This document shows positions 50,430 to 61,629 of a stretch of DNA of 64,000 nucleotides, piece after piece. The position numbers and the translations under genes are program-made. The DNA is from Okamejei kenojei (Eukaryota): contig CM069161.1 of NCBI GenBank assembly GCA_035221665.1, positions 3,720,001-3,784,000 on the forward strand, in the 5' to 3' direction. Under the pieces are notes generated by a model. That model saw only the letters and a program-made list of their open reading frames with translations, was not told the DNA's origin and searched no databases. Numbering within the stretch: position 1 is the stretch's first letter; each line of letters opens with the position of its first letter.

Positions 50430-51590
50430 ATCTTAAAACCTATGAAAGGAATAGATCGGATAGACGCACAGAGTTTCTTGCCCATAGGAAGACCAGAACC
50501 AGAGGACATGGGTTTAAGGCGAGGTAGAAAAGATTTCATAGGAACCTGAGGGGTAACATTTTCACCCGAAGGGTGGTGGGTGTATGGAACAAGCTGCCAG
50601 AGGAGGTAGTTGGTAGAAGGGTGGTGGGTGTATGGAACAAGCTGCCAGAGGAGGTAGTTGGTAGAAGGGTGGTGGGTGTATGGAACAAGCTGCCAGAGGA
50701 GGTAGTTGGTAGAAGGGTGGTGGGTGTATGGAACAAGCTGCCAGAGGAGATAGTTGTAGGTGGGTGTATGGTGCCAGAGGAGGTAGTAGAAGGGTGGTGT
50801 ATGGAACAAGCTGCCAGAGGAGGTGGTAGAAGGGTGGTGGGTGTATGGAACAAGCTGCCAGAGGAGATAGTTTGGTAGAAGGGTGGTGGGTGTATGGAAC
50901 AAGCTGCCAGAGGAGGTAGTTGGTAGAAGGGTGGTGGGTGTGGATGGAACAAGCTGCCAGAGGAGGTAGTTGGTAGAAGGTGGGGATGTATGGAACAAGC
51001 TGCCTGCCAGAGGAGGTAGTTGGTAGAAGGGTGGTGGGTGTATGGAACAAGCTGCCAGAGGAGGTAGTTGGTAGAAGGGTGGTGGGTGTATGGAACAAGC
51101 TGCCAGAGGAGGTAGTTGGTAGAAGGGTGGTGGGTGTATGGAACAAGCTGCCAGAGGAGGTAGTTGGTAGAAGGGTGGTGGGTGTATGGAACAAGCTGCC
51201 AGAGGAGGTAGTTGGTAGAAGGGTGGTGGGTGTATGGAACAAGCTGCCAGAGGAGGTAGTTGGTAGAAGGGTGGTGGGTGTATGGAACAAGCTGCCAGAG
51301 GAGGTAGTTGGTAGAAGGGTGGTGGGTGTACGGAACAAGCTGCCAGAGGAGGTAGTTGGTAGAAGGGTGGTGGGTGTACGGAACAAGCTGCCAGAGGAGG
51401 TAGTTGAGCCACGTACTATAGCAATGTTTCAGAAACAATTAGACAGGTACATGGATAGGACAGGCTTAGAGGTATTGTGGGCCAAATGCAAGCAAGTGGG
51501 ATCAGTGTGGATGGGACATGTTGGCCGGTGTGGGCAAGTTGGGCCAAAGGGCCTGTTTCGATGTTGAAAGAGTCCATGACTCTGACTCTA
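50430..51590 (+). mobile_element. CR1 subfamily B 3' fragment hosting the minisatellite
   Basis: Normal CR1 sequence on both sides of the tandem array, ending atgactctgactcta. Confidence 0.88.
50568..51406 (+). repeat. 48-bp minisatellite, ~18 copies
   Basis: Unit gaagggtggtgggtgtatggaacaagctgccagaggaggtagttggta; 18 occurrences of gccagagg were counted. Confidence 0.95.
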
Positions 51591-52539
51591 TCCCAATGAC
51601 TAAGTTTTTGTTCATTTGTCCTAATGCTTTTTATGTTTAAGAATGCTTGCATTTGCACCCAGAAACCTTTTACCAAATCAAACATTTGGTTTTGTACCAC
51701 CTCCACCAGCAAGGTATATACTTCACCTTGTCCCATGAGCACTTATTCAGCCTTCTCCGGACAGTCTGGAATCACATCTCATTGGTGGCACTGTAGAGCA
51801 GCTGCCCCACAACTCCAGTGACCGCAGCTCAACCCTAACCTCCAGTATTGTCTGTGTACAGTCTGACAGTGTGGATTTCATCCACATGCTCTGGTTTTCC
51901 TCCTGCATCCCAAGGTATGTGAGTTGGTAGATAAATGATCCACTATAAATCGCTTCTGGTTTGCGGGTGACTGATGGAATCTAGGGGGAGTTGATGGGAA
52001 TGTAGGGAGGGTAAAATAGAATTGCTGTAAAATAGGTGCTTGATGATCAGATTGGACCCGGTTAGATGTTGTAAGACTGATTCTAACTCCATCTTTTCAT
52101 CCTTCTTTGAGAACCAATCTTCTCAACAGTCTTTTGATCATCCATATTTTCCTGGTTTAGTATTCATAATGCCTTCTCCTAGTCTATGAGAATTCCCAGT
52201 ATAATGCAATGTTAAGTCTGTTTGATTAATAAGTGTTCTGGCTAATGGTCCTGATCACCAGAGCTAATGCACAGTGCATGGTACACAGATTAGTGGATCG
52301 TTGAACATAATGGGTCTTCGAAAATGTTCATACTGTATCTCATAGCGCCATATTTCAGAGGATAGATGAATCTTTGAGTTGGAGGTACGTGGGTTTATGT
52401 CTCACTCTGAATCTCAATTGATATTCCAATGTAATATAGAGAGAGTGCTTCAATATCGGAGATGGTGCTTTTTGGATGAGGGGTAAAATCAAGGTGCTAT
52501 TGAGCATCTTGGAGACATGAAGAACATTGCGACACTAGA

Positions 52540-52965
52540 GTCACGGAGTAATAGTCAGATAGCATAGAAACAGGCCCTTCAGCCAAACCTGTTTGTGCCG
52601 ATCAAGATGTGCCATTTAGTCCATATCCATCTAAACCTTTCCTATCATGCATCCAGCGTCTTTTAAAATGTTGTTAGACAGCTGTCTCAACTACTTCCTC
52701 TGGCAGTTCATTCCATGTGCTCACCGTCCTCTGTGTGAAAAAGTTGCCCCTCAGGTTCCTGATAAATATTTCCCCTCTCACCTTAAACCTATGTCCTCTC
52801 GTTCTTGATTACCCTGAATAAAAGACTGTGCATTCACCCAAAGAAATGTTCATAAGTGATAGGAGCAGAATTAAGCCATTCGGCCCATCAAGTCTACTCC
52901 GTCATTCAATCATGGCTGATCCATCTTTCCCTCTATGCCATTTTCTGGCCTTCTCCCCCAAAATT
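52540..52965 (-). mobile_element. Two adjacent CR1 3' fragments
   Basis: Subfamily B at 52540-52840 and a cataagtgataggagcagaatt-type copy at 52851-52965. Confidence 0.8.
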
Positions 52966-54084
52966 CCTGACTAAGCACGATGCAAGCAGTGCATGTTATT
53001 TTCTCTTCGGGCAATGGCACTAAACGGGATTCACTGATTGAGTGGCTGTGTGTGAATTGGCTGCTACACTTCCTGCTCTGGAGTAGTGACCACTCTTCAA
53101 AATGCCTATCATGGGCTGTAAGCACCGTTGGGGCGTTCTGAGATCAGATTATGTTGGTGGTAAGATAGGAACTTATCCGACAGTTGCACAAAGTTGGTGT
53201 TAGATTTTAGTTAAAGACTGGAATAAGCTGCAGAGAATACAGTTGAGCCAGGAGTCACACAATTGCTTGATACAATTTGTCGTTGACTTGGTGACAGTTG
53301 CTTATTTCAGCCACAAAAGTCAAAACATAGATTACAAAGCTGATAGCTATGACTCCACAATATGCAACTGAAGTGTTCTAATAACGATTTCTGTGGAATA
53401 TGAAAGTGTTATCAAGGCTGCATTAAACATTATGGTCATAGCTAGAGGTACTAACCATAACTTCATGACAGTGTATTATGTATTTAATACTATAATTAAG
53501 CTGACCACATAATTTTACTCATCATGCACAAAAACAGTCAGTGGTACAAACACTTTAATTATTTTAGGTGAAGAACTGATATTAATAAAAATGATTTTTA
53601 AAAAAAGGCAGTCCAGATCAGTCAGTTGGGAGAAACTACATGAAAAAGGGTGAGTTCATGGATTTATAATTATCATGTGCTGAATGGTTTCCTCTTTACC
53701 AATTTTTCTTGCGCATTTCTGACATTCCATCAGTTCCTTGAGCGAGTGGTGGGAAATGGGATTTCCAGATATTACAATAGCATTTATGCGAGTTGTGAAG
53801 TTACACCACAGCGGTGTGTTTCTCTGGTCATCGTCAAACAGCAAATCAACAGTGTCTCCATCTGCAACAACTCTTCAAGTTTCTTGGCAAGTGAGAACCA
53901 TGCGGTGGCCTTGTGTTTATGCTGGGTTTTGGACACGCTCCAAAGAGGAAGCTATCTGGCAGATTGATACACGATGGAGAACTATACAGAAAGAGTCGGC
54001 ATATTTTGGATGCCACATTAAATGAGGCACTACCTTGATTTTTCAGGAGAACATAATAGATTGTGCAGCACCAAGTTGTAGAAA

Positions 54085-54300
54085 AACAGAGAAGGTTTCC
54101 TCAGTGTTCTATCAAATATTTATCCCATCAATTAACATCACTAAAACGGGTTACTGTATGTGGCATTCTCACAGTGATGCTCACGGGATCTTGCAGCGTG
54201 CCTTGTTTTCTATATTGTACCATTGACAACCCTTCTGTATCATTGGGATTACCCGAGGCTATAAATGGCATGTACAATGTGAATCTTTCTTTTTATTTAT
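54085..54300 (+). mobile_element. Old Deu-domain SINE (SacSINE1/AmnSINE-like) fragment
   Basis: aatatttatcccatcaattaacatcactaaaac...gggatcttgc matches the Deu-SINE body as recalled. Related remnants lie at ~970-1085(-), 31895-32150, 33060-33350, 52420-52510, 53040-53145 and 55410-55580(-). Confidence 0.55.
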
Positions 54301-54761
54301 TACATTTTCAGATTACATTTTGTCATCATGTTCAAAGACTTGGCCTACATCCAATTTGTACCCCTCAGTTCCCTCCTGACTCAAACCTCAGGAACAATGT
54401 TCACAACACATCCACTAAACAGATCAGGCAACTCCATCAGCAACTTTGTCAATGTTTGTGTGCTGGAACTAGTATTATGTCAAATAAAAGCCTCAATTAT
54501 TGTAAATATAACACTGTAATTCACTTCACACTTTCACATTCCAGCAGATTATCGAGCTCCTTGGTTCATCATCAACAAAGAATCCAATTTCAAATACTGA
54601 AGCCATAAATCTATCCCTAATTTCCAAAAGAGAATTGCAAATATACCTCAGAGATTCAGGAGACTGCAGATGCTGGAATCCTGAGAATAATATTTGCTGG
54701 AGGAAGTCAGATCAGGCAGCATCTGTGGAGGGAAATGGACAGCCAACTTTTTGGGTCAGGA

Positions 54762-54988
54762 GGTAGACACAAAATGCTGGAGTAACTCAATGGGACAGGC
54801 AGCATCTCTGGAGAGAAGGAATGGGTGACGTTTTGGGTCGAGACCCCCCCCTTCAGACTGAAGAAGGGTCTCAACCCAAAATGTCACCCATTCCTTCCCT
54901 CCAGAGATGCTGCCTGTCCCGCTGGGTTACTCCAGCATTTTGTGTCTACCTTTGATTTAAACCAGCATCTGCAGTTCTTTTCTGCACA
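54762..54988 (+). mobile_element. Penelope-derived fold-back element nested in an older copy
   Basis: Inverted arms around cttcagactgaag. Perfect 13-bp TSD ttttgggtcagga at 54749-54761 and 54989-55001. The older host copy spans ~54660-55115. Confidence 0.88.
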
Positions 54989-55854
54989 TTTTGGGTCAGG
55001 ACATGTTTCAGACCTTCTGAAGGTTTTCTAAAGTAAGGTCCCAAACCGATACGCCATCTGTCCATTTCCCTCCATAGATGCTGCCTGATCTGCTCAGTTC
55101 CTCTGCACTTTGTTTTTTTTCTGTAAATGTATCTCAACTATTAATGTTTACTGATTTCTAACTAACTTGTCACTGGAGGGGATGAGGCAGTAACTTCCAT
55201 CCTCAACAACCTCCAGTCCTACGTTCAAAGCAGCCCCAAGGAAAGATGTGGGTGTATGACCAGCGATTCTACTTGATGTAATGTCTTTCCCGCTTTTTCT
55301 ATGTGTGAAACATCAATGCAAAGAAATTCCTAGCAAGGACTTGACATTTGTATTATGCTTTTGGGTCCATTTCATAAAGAAGAAAGAATGATAATGTATT
55401 TTGTAATATCAAGACATCCCAAAACACAATCAATGGGGGATTTCTTTTTGGAGCATTTGAGGCAATAATGGTGTTGAAATGCATGAAACACAGCAACCAA
55501 ATTTGCACAAAGCAAGGGCTCTTGAGCAATAATTTGGTATCCTCAGATAATCTGCTCTTTAGTAATGTTGGTTGAGCCTTTAGTTTTAGTTAGGTCTGAT
55601 AAGATTTTGAGAGGCATGCAGAGCCTCAGTATAACATTTCATCCATCCAAACCACTGTCCTGGTGTCACTGTGGAACTCACCATAGAATGCACTACAGTG
55701 GCACTTGAACCCATGAGTCACTGAGTTGGGGGGAAACCGGAGAACATCACCACTGCGGCTTACATTAAACCCTCAGGCCAAAACAATGCTAACAATTACC
55801 TTTCATGGTACTCCTTGTTTGAATTTCCCAAAGCACAACGCCTTTCTTCCTGCT

Positions 55855-56130
55855 AGTGTATCAAGGTGGCATTGACCAAAGTCTTGAATGGCATCTTATG
55901 TTTTGACAAAAGCAACCTACTTGCTCCTTATTTTTCCTGACTGTCCGCTTCCTTGGTATGATTGACTGCACAACTCCTTCTCCAGTATCTCCCACTTTCA
56001 TTGAGCTGTGTGAAACTGACTTCTAGTTCCACCATATCTACCAGTCCTAGGTAGGGAATCACCTGTAATAGCTTCTCTTCCCATGTCTACTATCACTCTA
56101 GTGTCCACAAGGATTCATCTTTGGCCTTTC
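55855..56130 (+). mobile_element. Highly decayed L2-like reverse transcriptase fragment
   Basis: Frameshifted remnants of ALxKVxNxIL, FLDLSAAF and SGVPQGSxLGP motifs. Confidence 0.55.
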
Positions 56131-56192
56131 AAATTTATCTGTCAGTTCACACTCAATAATTTTCATATCACTTTAAAGCTAGTTTCCATAAA

Positions 56193-57345
56193 GTCATAGA
56201 CCCATAGACACATATAAGCATATAAACAGGCCATTCGGCCAACCACGTCCGTGCCAGCAAGTAAATACCCGTCTGCATAAATCCTATCTTCCAACCTTTG
56301 GCCTTTAGTCTTCTATGCCTTGGAAATCCAAGTGTATGATAATGACACCTGGCAGTAATTCTTGCCTAATTTAGGCTGAAACAAAGTTCTCCAGAAGAGG
56401 AAGCTGGTACCATATGGTCAGGGTGAATATACAGAGTATTTTTCTCCAAAGTGAATAAAGAACTAAAAAGCATAGGGTTAAGGAGAGAGGGGAAATATGT
56501 AATAGGATCCCGAGGAACAGCTTCTTCACACAGAGGGTAGTGGGTACATGGAACGAGCTGCCAGATGAAATAGCTGAGTCAGGTACAATAACACATTATA
56601 AAGTAATCTGAACAGGTAAATGAATAATAAAGGTTGGAGGGATATGGGCCAGATGCAGGCAAATGGAACTGGTTGGGACATTTTGGTTGGTATGGAGAAG
56701 TTGAACCTAAAGGGTTATTTTAGTGCAGTATGACTTTGACTGTACAGTGTTTATTTTGAGGTATATTCCTGGCTTATGGTGGTGGTTATTTCAGAATGCA
56801 AAGATTATTTAAAGAGGTCACAAGTCCATCATGAGCTTTCACAGAATAGGTTTGGTTTGAGGGTGTAGGTGAAATGCTAAACGTACATTTAACACCATTG
56901 ATTTGGTGCTAATAGAATGTGTATGTAAAATTTAAAAAAACTGGAGGCAAAATTATATAGTGGGTAGCAATTGGATAAGAATACACAGAAAAGGTTAAGC
57001 TCCATTTTTAAAGTAAAAATCCTATGCTTTTTAATGCTTTCTATGCCTTAATTGATCTTGCATTAAGGCCAGAGTAGGGAATCAAGAACTAGAAGACATA
57101 GGTTTAAGGTGAGAGGAGAAAGTTTTAATAGGGACCTGAGGGCAACTGTTTCATATAGAGGGTAGTGCGTATATGGAACAAGCTGCCACAGGACGTTCTA
57201 TAACAGCATTTGAAACGCATTTGGACAGGTACGTGGATAGGAGAGTTTAGAGGAAAAGGCCAAAATGCAGGCAAGTGGTCAAGTGCAGATGGGGCATCTT
57301 GATCAGCATTGAAGGTTGGGTTGAAGGGCCTGATTCCATGCGTTA
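56193..57345. mobile_element. Cluster of diverged CR1 fragments (56193-56330 -, 56420-56742 +, 57070-57345 +)
   Basis: cacacagagggtagtgggtacatggaacgagctgccag and related motifs. Confidence 0.75.
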
Positions 57346-57640
57346 TAACAGGCAGTTGTGGGGGCCACGGCATTGGTACATGGTATGTCACCATTAGCTG
57401 GAGATTGGAAACACACCAGTGTGGTTAACATAGGTAGGATCCATGATCACATGAGACAAGGGTATCTACAATGACAACATTTTTCAACAAGTAGAGTATT
57501 ATAGCTGCGAAAATGAGCATTCATTAGAATATCACAGATAATTCAAAAATTTCTCTCACGAGAAAGATACACAATATCATGAGAATGTTGTCCTGTTCTG
57601 AAGAGTGTTTGCTAATTGTGTCACTTAATTATTGTTGCAG

Positions 57641-58120
57641 TCAATCCTGGACCACATGCACCTGAAATGCAAATGTCATGGTTTATCTGGGAGCTGCGAG
57701 GTGAAGACCTGCTGGTGGGCCCAGCCGGATTTCCGGGTGATTGGGGATTATCTGAAAGATAAATACGACAGTGCATCTGAGATGGTGGTGGAGAAACACA
57801 GAGAGTCCCGGGGCTGGGTGGAAACCCTTCGTGCCAAGTACGAGCTCTTTAAACCGCCGACCGAGAGGGACCTTGTCTATTATGAAAACTCGCCAAACTT
57901 TTGCGAGCCAAACCCCGAGACTGGCTCTTTTGGGACCAGGGACAGGATCTGCAACGTCACATCTCACGGCATCGACGGTTGCGACTTGCTGTGCTGCGGC
58001 CGTGGACACAACACCAGGACGGAGAAACGCAAGGAGAAGTGTCACTGCATATTCCACTGGTGTTGTTATGTCAGTTGTCAGGAGTGTGTTCGTGTATATG
58101 ATGTACATACATGCAAATAA
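57641..58120 (+). CDS. wnt3: Wnt3 last coding exon 4 (480 bp including TAA)
   Basis: Acceptor ttgttgcag ends at 57640. Encodes [31 protein letters not shown]...[14 protein letters not shown]. Has the Wnt signature [10 protein letters not shown] with the PORCN-acylated Ser (TCT 57686-57688) and the C-terminal Cys-rich domain. Confidence 0.98.
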   Translation, partial: SILDHMHLKCKCHGLSGSCEVKTCWWAQPDFRVIGDYLKDKYDSASEMVVEKHRESRGWVETLRAKYELFKPPTERDLVYYENSPNFCEPNPETGSFGTRDRICNVTSHGIDGCDLLCCGRGHNTRTEKRKEKCHCIFHWCCYVSCQECVRVYDVHTCK

Positions 58121-58957
58121 CAGGACGCACAATCTCCCGGAACATCAATAACAAACTTACACACACACACACACACATAAACATGCACATACAAACACAC
58201 GCACTCACACACACAAACATGCATACATACGCACAGACACACACACAGACTGGCACCGTCCAGCCACTGTTGGGCAAAGCAGGATATGTGAAGTTTGGTT
58301 TTCACAAACATTGTCAAAAATGAATTCTGGGGAATGTAGTCTCTAATTAATCAAATTTATTATTTTACTCAAATACTAGGAGGTCATAATTTAAAATGAT
58401 TGAGGAAAGAGGTGACATTTCTAATTGAACCCCAAACAGGTTCTGTACAATAATTGTGTCTAGTTACCTACCATATCTTGCTCCCATCTTCCCAGACTGC
58501 TCATACACTTGAGCAGCTGCCATTTTGTGTCACTTAATTTCAGTAACATTTATTCATGATCATTATTAATCATAATTAGTTATCCCATATTTTTAACTAT
58601 TATGGGTTGGTTTATTGTATCCCAGCAAGTAATTATGACTAATAATGCTAATGAATAATTGGAAGAATTATAGCTCATTGCCAATGATTATAACTTGGAA
58701 AGATCCCAGGTTAAGTGGCTTTATATTTTGTTATTTTAGAAGTGACAAATACAAAGCCAATTTGTGTGATCTTCTTTAGGGTTTAGATTGTCATCAGGAT
58801 AGAGATGAAGGGATGGGGAGGAGGGTGCTGTTCTTGGGAAATAGTCATCACTCAAGTAAATGAACCACCACGCAAAACATAGATAGTGTAGTAAATGTAA
58901 ACAGAACTAAATTCAGGATATGCCATTGGGAAGTTTGGCAGAACTTGGGTGCATTAA

Positions 58958-59318
58958 ACATAGAAGAGTACAACATAGGAATTAGCTCTTTGGCTGAACA
59001 AGATGCCAAGTTAAACTGGTTCCATCTACGTGCTTGTCATCCATATCCCTCCCTTCCCTGCATATCCTTGTGCCTTTCTAAAATCCTCTTAAATGCCACT
59101 ATCCAACACAATAAATTGCCTCCTCCAACACACCTGGCAGCACATTCCAGGCACCCACCACTTTCCACATGAAAACCTGGCTTTATATCTCCATTGACCC
59201 TCTTATCTAGTGTTTGACGTTTCCACCCAGGGAAAAAAATTCTGACTATCTATCCTATCTGTGCCTCTCATAACTTTATATAGTTCTATCAGTTCTCTCC
59301 TCAGCCTCTGATGTTCCA
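58958..59318 (-). mobile_element. CR1 fragment antisense within the putative Wnt3 3'UTR
   Basis: catagaa start, ctcttaaatgccactat...cctggcagcacattccaggcacccacca. Same family as 19940-20255. Confidence 0.72.
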
Positions 59319-59455
59319 GGTCGAAGGATTTACAATAGACCTTTGAAATTCTTCAACAATTACATATTTAAAAATGTCCCCAAGAATGCCGGCTTTGAAG
59401 AGCTATGTATATGAAACTATTTTTGAATATTTGATAAGACATGAATCTAATCTGA

Positions 59456-59461
59456 AATAAA
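59456..59461 (+). terminator. Possible proximal polyadenylation signal AATAAA
   Basis: AATAAA in the putative 3'UTR; the downstream GU-rich element is weak. Confidence 0.25.
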
Positions 59462-60504
59462 GCTCCCCAGAAAGGAAAGCGGGTGCCACCGAGGGCGTCT
59501 TTAAATCAGTTTCATTCTAGTTTTGTTCAAGGCCCAATTTTTATGTTTCTGAATTTAAATACTGTCACCTTGACAGGAATGACTACAACCTCCAGAATGC
59601 ATTGCACAATGCAAAATCCCACAGGGCTCAAGATACAAGCTGTGGTATTAGTATCGTAACAACAGCTTAATATTTCAGCCGTACATTTATTATATCCCCA
59701 AGTCAAAGGATATCAGACAAGATCCTGGTTACAACAACTCCTAGTTCTTTAGGATGGTGACTATATCACATTCTACACATCGACTTAAGTATTAATACTG
59801 CCTGTATTTCTCACCTATCAGTTGCACCTTTATCATATGATTGAAAGTTGAGATTTGAGTGGATTTATGGTTCGGCTGATGCAGACATGCCTTCCCCTTA
59901 CAGGGACCTTGCATCCACCACCCACTGAAGAGCAATTCTACTGACTTCTTTCTGTGAAAGAAACAAACAATGTTGGATAAGATAAAGAAGCAAGGTGGGA
60001 ATTCATTGTTGAGCCCCATGGATAGCTTTCCTGAATGAGCGAGTAGTTACTTCAAGCAAATGGGCATTGACATCCTATGCTCTAAAAATAACCAACAGTC
60101 TGCAGCATTTATCGTAGCATTTTTCTACCTTGTAGCCTGGAATTACTAGCTCCAAGTTGAACCTGTATTGCAAGTTGCTATATCCAAAGTTTTGTACAAA
60201 TTAGATGTTTGACCCTTTGATTTTATATTCTTAAAGCCTATGTTTTTATAATTATTTATTGCACAATGTGTATATATATGACTCAACTGAGATTATATAT
60301 TTGCAGAAAGTGTCTTATCTGCTGTTTCTAGTTTATAAACTTGCCATGGTGGCTTGAAGGCAGCGTGAGTTACATTTACTATCATGCTTCACAGCGGAGG
60401 ATCCAGAGTGAGTTCTATGGAAGCGGATGTTAAATGTATAATCTCTCCTGTCACTCAGTGTACATATTCTTCTTTTAGTATTTAGAAATAGCAACAAACA
60501 AAGA

Positions 60505-60510
60505 AATAAA
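60505..60510 (+). terminator. Distal polyadenylation signal AATAAA
   Basis: AATAAA with upstream TGTA elements (60436, 60459) and a downstream GT/T-rich tract (gtagtgtattctggtgtgctgctctttctt). Confidence 0.6.
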
Positions 60511-60863
60511 ATTTATTCATGTAGTGTATTCTGGTGTGCTGCTCTTTCTTACCTGGACACCCAAACTCATTGATTGTGATTTAACATCATGTTACTGCAC
60601 TTGTCAGTCCCATTCAACTGGTAGACTTTTAACTCCCAACTCCTCTACAGGTCTTTGCAACTGGTTGCCCTTGTTTGAAGTTGCTGTTCTTCACATGTAG
60701 GAGAGGCAGTGAATGTCAGCTGGCCGGTTAACTGATGAGCCGGGTCTTGTTCTTATCGGCTGTCTTTGCACTAATGTCAATGGGGTACTAATCTGGAGTA
60801 TCAACTCTGGCTGGGGAATCTCAAATGCTCTGTCAGGTTCAACCTAGGCACTTGATGACATTG

Positions 60864-60972
60864 TGTGTAGGAAGCCTGAAGAAGGGTCTCGACCCAAAAC
60901 GTCACCCATTCCTTTTCTCCAGAGATGCTGACTGGCGCTGCTGAGTTATTCCAGCTTTTTGTGTCCTCTTTG
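60864..60972. mobile_element. Collapsed Penelope fold-back element with TSD
   Basis: Perfect 14-bp TSD acttgatgacattg (60850-60863 and 60973-60986). Only 11 bp of the left-arm tail (tgtgtaggaag) remain. Confidence 0.82.
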
Positions 60973-61354
60973 ACTTGATGACATTGCGAGGTAGGCCCAG
61001 CTCGCTCTCAAATGTTAGCATAAACTGGGGCTTTAAAACGCAACTGGTATTCAGCAGCCATTGTATTTTCAGCATTTACTGTACATCTCCTAACATTGAG
61101 TCACTTGACAGGACTGTTTTAAACCCGACTGCAGGCCGCTGAAACACCTTCCAAAGTTCACAGAGTTTTGTCAGATGAATGGGGAACAGGTTTTGCAGCA
61201 TTCAGCAGCAGATACACTAATTCAATGGGTGAGTATTGATACTCACTCAGAGGTGACCCCACTGGCAATTCTGGTCGCATCAGCATGGCAATGACTCGGG
61301 ACAGTTAGAGGACTTTGGAGAAGGAGGCAGAGATGTAGTGCAGGCCTCTCGCAA

Positions 61355-61629
61355 AAAAACAAACTGCTGGATGAACTCAGCAGGTCAGGCAGCATCTGTG
61401 GAGGGAAATGGACAGATGGGGTTTCGACGAGGAACCCTTCTTCAGACAGTATCTGTAAGGGCTGTCCTTAAAAAAAAAGGCCCTTTCCTCAACAGAAAAG
61501 GTTTCTGCTCCCACAGGAGTACGCAAGAAGAGGAGATAGGCACAAAAAGCTGGAGTAACTCGGTGGGTCAGGCAGCATCTCTGGAGAAAAGGAATAGGTG
61601 ACGTTTTGGGTCGAGGCCCTTCTTCAGAT
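61355..61629 (-). mobile_element. Two Penelope pLTR arms
   Basis: Arms at ~61355-61448 and ~61533-61629, each ending ...cccttcttcaga. Further partial copies lie at ~13345, 13815, 14370, 17103, 28832, 29040, 31925, 38895, 42743 and 48870. Confidence 0.75.

Larger units (their letters stand above)
48194..57640 (+). other. wnt3: Wnt3 intron 3 (~9.4 kb, GT-AG)
   Basis: Defined by the flanking exon boundaries; phase 0. Confidence 0.93.
58121..60530 (+). other. wnt3: Probable Wnt3 3'UTR
   Basis: Follows the stop codon. CA-rich tract at 58159-58250, AU-rich block tttttataattatttattgcacaatgtgtatatata at ~60243-60278, AATAAA signals at 59456 and 60505. The end point is inferred. Confidence 0.55.

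Noticed and set aside
50399-51567. Long ORFs (337, 300, 274 and 195 aa) and a CRISPR-like periodic array
   Set aside because: They are translations of a 48-bp tandem repeat derived from CR1. The units are contiguous with no unique spacers and there are no cas genes.
57683-58132. Antisense ORFs over exon 4 (and 47917-48294 over exon 3)
   Set aside because: Shadow ORFs of GC-rich coding sequence with no independent homology.
60593-60605. tactgcacttgtc, resembling mature miR-92
   Set aside because: Seed mismatch, divergent 3' half and no evident precursor hairpin.
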